From Bacteroidota bacterium (lineage in GTDB: Bacteria; Bacteroidota; Bacteroidia; Bacteroidales; GCA-2711565): a stretch of 64,000 nt of DNA. The notes beneath the pieces were generated by a model. That model had not been told where the DNA came from. It worked only from the letters and a program-made list of their open reading frames with translations, and ran no database searches. Each line of letters opens with the position of its first letter. Positions within the stretch are counted from its first letter, which is position 1. The stretch lies in the NCBI GenBank assembly GCA_003353955.1, contig PIVJ01000003.1, positions 2,378-66,377 of the forward strand, written 5' to 3'. Positions 57,780-64,000 of this stretch are shown here, piece by piece. The position numbers were made by a program, and so were the translations under genes.

Positions 57780-59582
57780 ATGAAAAATATCTATCTATCT
57801 AATCTAAAAAACTTACTCATTCTTGTTTTTGTGCTGTCTCCGCTATTATTCTTCGGTCAAGAAGCGAAAATGTGGCGACAATTTAACAAAGTTGATGTTA
57901 TTGCTACTCCAACACTGCTCGTAGAAAAAGGAGGTTGGGTAACTGTAGAATTTGACATTATAGTTCCAGCTGGTTATTTTGGTAAAAATTCAGCGATGCT
58001 TATTCAATCTGAATTAAGATATAGAGGAGGAAAAGCTAGTTTAAAACCCATAACATTAAAAGGTGATAACGTTACCGGCGATGGCGTATTGATAAATCAT
58101 AAGGAGGGAGGATCATATAAATATTCTGACAGTTTCAAATATTCCTCAAAATTCAATCGATCAGAATTATATATAGTTGCAACTGTTTATAAGGCTAAGG
58201 AAGGAACCATGTCGTCTATAGAAGAAATATCAAAAAATACTCGTTCTTATGAATGCTGCCACTTGTATGTTTCCAATGGCGTTATTAATACTGCACAAAG
58301 AATGTTAAAAGATCAGAAGTACATCATTGCTGATCACGGATATGCTCCTAAAGAGGCAATCGATACGCATACTGCGAAAGTTTTCTTCGCTGTAAACAAA
58401 TTCGATCTGAACTGGAATCTTAAATTGAACACAGACTATCAGGCTCATGAAAAGTTTAATACACTCACGGAATTCTCTAAACAAGGATGGAATGTTCAAT
58501 CAATCAGCATTGAAGGTTGGGCTTCACCTGAAGGAATAAGTGTGAATTATAAATTATCTGAAAATCGTGCTACAATTATTTATGAAGAAGTTATAAAGAA
58601 ATTAGATCAACTCCTGGACGATGGCGATGGCACTTTCAGCTTTGCAAATCCTACGGAAGATATTACTTATCAATTTAGCTATAAAGGATCTGACTGGGAT
58701 GGATTTATGAAAGATTTGAAAGCCTCTGATATTAGCAATAAAGACGCTATTTACGAGTCTATCCAGAATGCAGGTGACGAAGTCGCACAAGACAGAGCGT
58801 TACGACGTTCCATGAATCAGTCCCCTGCCATTAAAGCACTATTAGCTCCGTTAAGAAGAACTGAGTTGGCTATTAATTATGGCGAGCCTGCTAAAACCAA
58901 TTTAGAAGTGTCTCAATTGGCACTTACCAATCCAGATACATTGGAATTAAAAGAATTACTTTTTGCTGCTGCTGAGGCTAAAGATGAGCAGAAAATTCAA
59001 ATCTATGAGTTTATTTTTGAGAAATTTCCGAAATGCTGGATTTCAAAAAACAATGCAGCCGTATATTATATGGAACATAAATCTTTTGATAAAGCCGCTG
59101 AGTTGTTGAATAGTGCAGTTGAAATGTATCCTGATCAAGGAACTGTAAATGCAAACTTAGGAGCACTTGCATTGTATAATGGAGAATATGACAAAGCTGA
59201 AACATTCTTTAAAAAAGCAAAAGATAATGGTGCTGAAGTAGATTCTTACAATTATGGAATGCTAGCACTTGCACAAGGAGAGTATGATAAAGCTGCTGAT
59301 TTATTAGAAAGCAACTCATGCGACTATAACGCAGGTTTAGCTCAATTATTAGCTGGTGATTACACCAATGCAGAAGCTACGTTAAAATGTACTGAAGAAG
59401 CTCCATGCAGAGCAGCATATTTAACTGCAGTAATTGGTGCCAGAACTAATAATGCGGAGAAAGTTTTCGTGAACTTGAAAAAAGCATTTGAGATCAACCC
59501 GGCACTTAAAACTGATGCCAAAGATGATAGAGAATTTATGAACTATCAAAGATCTGAACGGTTTAAGGCACTTACTTATTAA
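57780..59582 (+). CDS. Secreted protein with central OmpA-like domain and C-terminal TPR repeats
   Basis: 600 aa with a signal peptide. The central block SIEGWASPEG...KLSENRA resembles OmpA-C-like peptidoglycan-binding domains. The C-terminal about 200 aa show TPR-like repeats (FDKAAELLNSAVEMYPD, YDKAETFFKKA, YDKAADLLES). The N-terminal about 230 aa are unassigned. Confidence 0.55.
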   Translation: MKNIYLSNLKNLLILVFVLSPLLFFGQEAKMWRQFNKVDVIATPTLLVEKGGWVTVEFDIIVPAGYFGKNSAMLIQSELRYRGGKASLKPITLKGDNVTGDGVLINHKEGGSYKYSDSFKYSSKFNRSELYIVATVYKAKEGTMSSIEEISKNTRSYECCHLYVSNGVINTAQRMLKDQKYIIADHGYAPKEAIDTHTAKVFFAVNKFDLNWNLKLNTDYQAHEKFNTLTEFSKQGWNVQSISIEGWASPEGISVNYKLSENRATIIYEEVIKKLDQLLDDGDGTFSFANPTEDITYQFSYKGSDWDGFMKDLKASDISNKDAIYESIQNAGDEVAQDRALRRSMNQSPAIKALLAPLRRTELAINYGEPAKTNLEVSQLALTNPDTLELKELLFAAAEAKDEQKIQIYEFIFEKFPKCWISKNNAAVYYMEHKSFDKAAELLNSAVEMYPDQGTVNANLGALALYNGEYDKAETFFKKAKDNGAEVDSYNYGMLALAQGEYDKAADLLESNSCDYNAGLAQLLAGDYTNAEATLKCTEEAPCRAAYLTAVIGARTNNAEKVFVNLKKAFEINPALKTDAKDDREFMNYQRSERFKALTY

Positions 59583-59603
59583 AGAATAAAAATATATTTA
59601 AAA

Positions 59604-59633
59604 AATGCTTCGATATTTCGGAGCATTTTTTTT
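59604..59633 (+). terminator. Rho-independent terminator after the OmpA-like/TPR gene
   Basis: 9-bp stem AATGCTTCG/CGGAGCATT (one G.U) with a 6-nt loop, followed by TTTTTT. Lies 22 nt after the stop. Confidence 0.75.
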
Positions 59634-59643
59634 GCTTATAAGT

Positions 59644-60318
59644 TTAATCACCTTTATAAACCCTATTGTTTAAGTTCTTTAAAACAATAAAAGTATCACC
59701 TACATACTTTTCCTCAACAATTACAGTAAACTCATTAGTGGTCGAAATTATCTCAATGATATTAATATTATTCCAGGCAATTTTTTTCAATATATGGTAA
59801 TAAAGTCCGGTCATTTTCACATTACTAATTGGCAATCTCATTGTGACAGACGAAAGATTACCCAATCTTGAAGTCATATTCTCCCCGGAAAATATCTCTT
59901 CCAACTTATCTGAGAAAATTGAAGAGATCACAACGTTTAATTCGTAGACCCCTTGAGAAAATGTAAAAAACACTTCCTCCTGCTCCGTTAGAATTTTTAA
60001 TAAATTCTGTTGATTTTTAACAAGAGTTGGAGAAATACGAAATGTATAATCTGTTAATTGAGAACGCACGGTAATATCTCCAAAAGATCCGGCAGCCCGT
60101 TCCAGTTGCATATTTAACAGATGATCAACCTGAGGCACATATCTCTTCAATGCCATAATAATGGCACTTGTTTTAATCGACCTACCAATTCTTAACTCAA
60201 TTTCAGCCTGAATACTTCTTGCCAACGAAGAATAATTTATTAACTCTTCCGCCAATGATTGTTCAAGGAAAGGTTTGTTGGAAACAATATTATCCACTAT
60301 TTGCGAAACTGTAATCAT
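59644..60318 (-). CDS. Uncharacterised conserved protein, possibly ACT-domain (ACT_7-like) regulatory protein
   Basis: 224 aa from the ATG at 60318; a -7 box inside the longer tracked ORF supports this start. The assignment rests only on my recollection of Bacteroidota proteins with a similar N-terminus annotated as ACT-domain/aspartate-kinase-like. Confidence 0.4.
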   Translation of the reverse strand: MITVSQIVDNIVSNKPFLEQSLAEELINYSSLARSIQAEIELRIGRSIKTSAIIMALKRYVPQVDHLLNMQLERAAGSFGDITVRSQLTDYTFRISPTLVKNQQNLLKILTEQEEVFFTFSQGVYELNVVISSIFSDKLEEIFSGENMTSRLGNLSSVTMRLPISNVKMTGLYYHILKKIAWNNINIIEIISTTNEFTVIVEEKYVGDTFIVLKNLNNRVYKGD

Positions 60319-60341
60319 AAGATGCCCTTCTTTTTTAATTA

Positions 60342-60349
60342 CAAATGTA
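60342..60349 (-). promoter_or_regulatory. -7 promoter box (TACATTTG) for the 59644..60318 gene
   Basis: TAnnTTTG on the minus strand, 23 nt upstream of the ATG at 60318. Confidence 0.45.
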
Positions 60350-60368
60350 CAGTAAATCATTTTAAATT

Positions 60369-60401
60369 TTAACTTTTTGTTAGTTATTTAACTTTTTGTT
60401 A
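60369..60401 (+). repeat. Direct repeat TTAACTTTTTGTTA x2 with 19-nt period
   Basis: Identical 14-mers at 60369..60382 and 60388..60401, in the divergent intergenic region upstream of dapA. Confidence 0.85.
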
Positions 60402-60478
60402 ATTTATTGTTATAATCTCCAGAATATTTCTTCATCTCCTCAAATAGCTTTAAATTCGCATTCTCAAATGAAAAATAA

Positions 60479-61372
60479 ATGGAGAATATTAAAAACTTAA
60501 GAGGATCAATTGTTGCCATTGTAACTCCGTTCAGTCAGGATAAATCTGTCGATTTTACAGCCTTAGAAAAACTTATCCAGTTTCACCTGTCAAACCAAAC
60601 TGATGGAATTGTTGTTTGTGGGACTACAGGAGAAGCTGCAACACTTTCAGAAGAAGAATATGCCGAAGTAGTCAGATTTACTTGTGAGAAGGTTGACCAC
60701 AAAATACCTGTAATTGCCGGTTCGGGTACAAATAACACCATGCATACAATTCAACTTTCAATGCTTGCTGAAGCGCAAGGTGCTGATGCGTTACTGGTTG
60801 TCACGCCTTACTACAACAAGCCAAATCCAAATGGGATGTATCAACATTATGCCAGCGTTGCACAAAGTGTGGAGATTCCAATATTTATTTACAATGTTCC
60901 TGGACGAACCGGAATTAATCTGAGTCCAAGCATAACCAAATTATTAGCCCATGATTTCTCTACCATTATCGGGATTAAAGAAGCTGCCGGTAACCCGGAT
61001 CAAATGATGGAACTTATTCAAATTCTTCCGGATGACTTTTTAATTTTCTCAGGTGATGATTCTCTAGCGATGAGCTTGATTTGTATGGGGGCTAAAGGCT
61101 GTGTTTCTGTTGCCGCAAATATTTTTCCAAAAGCTTTTCATGACATCATGATGCATGCAATGGCCGGTGAACTTGAAGCGGCCAGAGAAATTCATTATCA
61201 ACATTTGGGTTTGATGAATTTAAATTTCATTGAATCTAACCCCATTCCAGTAAAAACTGCACTTCATCTAATGGGGTTAATACGCGAAGAATTCAGATTA
61301 CCATTGGCCCCTATTTCTGAGGAAAATAAAGAAAAAATTAGAAACGAATTGCAAACCCTCAAATTATTGTAA
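60479..61372 (+). CDS. dapA: 4-hydroxy-tetrahydrodipicolinate synthase
   Basis: 297 aa with the GTTGEAATLS, YNVPGRTG and GIKEAAG (Schiff-base Lys) motifs. Confidence 0.95.
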   Translation: MENIKNLRGSIVAIVTPFSQDKSVDFTALEKLIQFHLSNQTDGIVVCGTTGEAATLSEEEYAEVVRFTCEKVDHKIPVIAGSGTNNTMHTIQLSMLAEAQGADALLVVTPYYNKPNPNGMYQHYASVAQSVEIPIFIYNVPGRTGINLSPSITKLLAHDFSTIIGIKEAAGNPDQMMELIQILPDDFLIFSGDDSLAMSLICMGAKGCVSVAANIFPKAFHDIMMHAMAGELEAAREIHYQHLGLMNLNFIESNPIPVKTALHLMGLIREEFRLPLAPISEENKEKIRNELQTLKLL

Positions 61373-61376
61373 CGAA

Positions 61377-62705
61377 ATGAAAGTATTAAAATTTGGAGGT
61401 TCTTCTGTTGGCTCAGCTGAAGGTATGAGGCAAGTAGCTAATATTCTCAAAAATGGAAATGGAAGGCGCATTGTTGTTTTATCCGCCATGAGTGGAACGA
61501 CTAACACTTTGGTTGAGATTGTGAAATGTTTACAAAAGGGCCATTTGACTGAAGTGCTGGAACTTACCAATGAACTGGAACAACATTATTTAAAAACAGC
61601 ACAAAATCTTCTGAGCGAAAACATTATTGCAGAAACTGTTAAAACAATTCATACTGAATTTGAAAAACTGAGAATGCTCTGTAAAAGTCATTCAAGCAAT
61701 AATAATATTAATGAAATAATAATCCATGGAGAGTTTATCACTTGCATATTATTTCAAAGCTACTTCAACCAATTTGATCAATCTTCACAAATAATTAATG
61801 CCCTGGATTTTATTAAAACTGATCGAAATGAAGCCCCTAATTATCCGCACATAGAAATGATGCTTCAAAAACAATTACAAGCAAACCCTGATATGAACAT
61901 TTTTATTACTCAAGGATTTGCCAGTATTAATGTATTTGGAGAAGTTGGTAATCTGAGCCGCGGCGGAAGTGACTATACGGCAACTATTATTGGGTCAGTT
62001 CTAAATGCAAGTGTTGTTGAAATATGGACAGATATTGATGGTTTACATAACAATGATCCTCGATTTGTTGAAGACACATTTCCGATCTCACAGCTATCGT
62101 ATGAAGAGGCAGAAGAACTTGCCTATTTTGGAGCAAAGATATTACACCCAACTTGCATCAAACCGGTAAAACCAAGAGGAATACCTGTTGTCCTGAAAAA
62201 CACTTTCAATCCTTCGGCTGCAGGAACATTAATCATTGGTCAATCGGAAGGCTTGGGCATTAAAGCCATAGCAGCAAAAGACAATATTATTTCAATCAAT
62301 ATAAAATCCGGAGGAATGATGAATGCATATGGTTTTCTGCAAAGAGTTTTCGAAATATTTGAATGCTATTGTTGTCCTGTAGATATGATTACGACTTCTG
62401 AAGTTGCAGTAAGCGTTACCATTGAAGAACATCCAAAACTTGATGCAATGATCAAAGATCTTAGAAGTTTGGGTGAGGTAAGCGCACATAAAAACCAAAG
62501 TATTATTTGCTTAGTTGGGGATTTAAGTTACGACTCCAAAGGTATTATTGCCACGATAATTCAATCTATGAATGATATTCCTTTACGGATGATTTCTTAC
62601 GGAGCAAGCAAAAACAACCTTTGCTTATTAATTGATTCTGTTTATAAAAACGAAGCATTAAATCAGATGAATCAATGCTTATTTAAAAACAAAACGTATG
62701 CCTAA
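61377..62705 (+). CDS. lysC: Aspartate kinase (monofunctional)
   Basis: 442 aa with the MKVLKFGGSSVG N-terminus, the amino-acid-kinase core and C-terminal ACT-type region. Starts 4 nt after dapA. Confidence 0.9.
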   Translation: MKVLKFGGSSVGSAEGMRQVANILKNGNGRRIVVLSAMSGTTNTLVEIVKCLQKGHLTEVLELTNELEQHYLKTAQNLLSENIIAETVKTIHTEFEKLRMLCKSHSSNNNINEIIIHGEFITCILFQSYFNQFDQSSQIINALDFIKTDRNEAPNYPHIEMMLQKQLQANPDMNIFITQGFASINVFGEVGNLSRGGSDYTATIIGSVLNASVVEIWTDIDGLHNNDPRFVEDTFPISQLSYEEAEELAYFGAKILHPTCIKPVKPRGIPVVLKNTFNPSAAGTLIIGQSEGLGIKAIAAKDNIISINIKSGGMMNAYGFLQRVFEIFECYCCPVDMITTSEVAVSVTIEEHPKLDAMIKDLRSLGEVSAHKNQSIICLVGDLSYDSKGIIATIIQSMNDIPLRMISYGASKNNLCLLIDSVYKNEALNQMNQCLFKNKTYA

Positions 62706-63894
62706 CTATAATTTACTTCACTCTTTTGAAACACCTCCAACTCCCTTCTATTATTATGATTTGGAGTTGCTGAAAAGAACACTCACTATCGCAACTACTG
62801 AAGCGAAATCTTATGGATATAAACTCCATTATGCAGTAAAAGCAAATTCGAATCCCGTAATTCTTTCTGTAATAAAAGATCATAAACTCGGAGCCGATTG
62901 TGTTAGTGGCAATGAAATCCAAAGAGCATTGAACTCCGGTTTTGATGCAAATAATATTGTATTTGCAGGTGTTGGAAAAACGGATGATGAAATTCGATTC
63001 GCAATCCAGAACAACATTGCTTGTTTTAATTGTGAATCTTTACAAGAGGTTCAAGTAGTTAATGAAATTGCCAGCGAATTATTAAAAACTGTAAATATTG
63101 CGCTTCGAATTAATCCAAACATAAATGCGAATACACACGCATATATTACAACCGGCCTGCAAGAAAATAAATTTGGAATAAGCTATAATGAACTTCAGCA
63201 ATTTATGGAAATGCTTGATCGCTTAACCAACATCAATCTTACCGGATTACATTTTCATATTGGATCTCAGATTTGCGACCTTGATGTTTTCAGGCAATTA
63301 GCTATATCGGCAAGTTCATTCCTCAATTGGTTCTCTGAAAAAGGAATTAATATTGAACATATAAACTTAGGCGGTGGTTTGGGTATCGATTATGATCTTC
63401 CGGAAGAGAATTCCATTCCTCCATTTAAAGAATACTTTCAAACGATTCATAATGCCTTGAATATACACGAAGGACTTCAAGTACATTTTGAACCGGGTCG
63501 ATCAATTGTCGGCCAATGCGGTATCCTTGTTACAAAAGTTGTTTATGTGAAAGATTCAGGAGTAAAAAAATTCGTTATTGTGGATGCAGGTTTTACCGAA
63601 TTAATTCGCCCGGCCCTGTATAAATCATATCACCAGGTTGAGAACATAAGCTCTGATCAAGGAAGTATGGAAGCAGATATTGTAGGCCCTTTATGCGAAT
63701 CTTCAGATAGCTTTGGGGAAAATATTTTAATGCCAGATACTAAAAGAGGAGATCATTTGATTATAAAATCTACAGGCGCATATGGTGAAGTAATGGCTTC
63801 GAACTATAATTTAAGATCGACAGCAAAAGCATATTACTCATCAGATTTTTTGCTGAAAGAAAAAGAACGTTTACTTGAAACCGCCTCCTATTAG
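62698..63894 (+). CDS. lysA: Diaminopimelate decarboxylase
   Basis: 398 aa with PLP-lysine HYAVKANSN, GGGLGIDY and EPGRSIVG. It overlaps lysC by 8 nt. Confidence 0.95.
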   Translation: MPNYNLLHSFETPPTPFYYYDLELLKRTLTIATTEAKSYGYKLHYAVKANSNPVILSVIKDHKLGADCVSGNEIQRALNSGFDANNIVFAGVGKTDDEIRFAIQNNIACFNCESLQEVQVVNEIASELLKTVNIALRINPNINANTHAYITTGLQENKFGISYNELQQFMEMLDRLTNINLTGLHFHIGSQICDLDVFRQLAISASSFLNWFSEKGINIEHINLGGGLGIDYDLPEENSIPPFKEYFQTIHNALNIHEGLQVHFEPGRSIVGQCGILVTKVVYVKDSGVKKFVIVDAGFTELIRPALYKSYHQVENISSDQGSMEADIVGPLCESSDSFGENILMPDTKRGDHLIIKSTGAYGEVMASNYNLRSTAKAYYSSDFLLKEKERLLETASY

Positions 63895-64000
63895 GAATTA
63901 ACAAAATTTAATTACCAAACTTCTTAAACAATTATTTTTATAGCTTTAACATTATAATTTTGTATTCGAGATTTGATAAATGAAATATCATTAACTTACT

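Noticed and set aside
1-64000. Looked for CRISPR arrays, rRNA, tmRNA/RNase P/SRP RNA signatures, reverse transcriptases and defence-like cassettes.
   Set aside because: There are no regularly spaced direct repeats and no conserved ncRNA core motifs visible by eye. All large ORFs are accounted for by housekeeping families. A covariance-model scan (e.g. Rfam) would be needed to exclude small ncRNAs.

Overview
This is an AT-rich chromosomal segment of Bacteroidota type. The assignment rests on the T9SS translocon sprA, a DUF4270 lipoprotein next to a short GT5 'glycogen synthase' and glmS, ExbB/ExbD/TonB genes, and many TAnnTTTG -7 promoter boxes. I call about 57 intact protein genes, 2 transposase pseudogenes and 2 tRNAs. 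The window is more than 90% coding and overwhelmingly housekeeping. Left to right: a radical SAM + Memo pair (partial AmmeMemoRadiSam module), a P-loop kinase + dCMP deaminase, an NhaC-family transporter, a TauE-family exporter, dxs, the sufBCDSE-sufT operon, thiL, uvrC, tonB, a VanZ-like gene, gcvH, sprA (2461 aa), ruvA, maeB, mdh, dusB and a CPBP protease. Then come exbB-(4TM)-exbD-exbD, an acyltransferase, rpmF-yceD, proline dehydrogenase, short GT5-DUF4270-glmS, an M16 peptidase + O-methyltransferase, radA, an rfaE-like gene, an LPG-synthase-TM-like gene, panD, panC and a thioredoxin-like gene. The right end holds a DtxR-family regulator + zupT, fldA, tRNA-Leu(UAA), tRNA-Gly(GCC), mutS, a trmH-like gene, an OmpA-like/TPR protein, a possible ACT-domain protein and dapA-lysC-lysA. 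Only two short patches look accessory or decayed. The first (41.7-43.8 kb) holds truncated IS4-family and IS66-family transposase fragments flanking an orphan lipoprotein. The second (45.6-46.6 kb) is AT-rich non-coding DNA with a gene relic, an inverted repeat and an orphan PH/GRAM-like gene. I found no CRISPR array, reverse transcriptase, defence-like nuclease/ATPase cassette or toxin-antitoxin-like pair, and no convincing self-contained novel multi-gene system. The best follow-up candidates are modest. They are the AmmeMemoRadiSam pair, the split kinase/deaminase pair, the uncharacterised 4-TM gene inside the ExbBD operon, and a DtxR-box-like palindrome over the -33 element of the DtxR-zupT promoter. 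Also of interest are the GldN-like lipoprotein in the IS debris and the uncharacterised gene divergent from the lysine operon, with tandem 19-bp-spaced motifs between them. All family assignments come from reading motifs in the translations; no database search was run.
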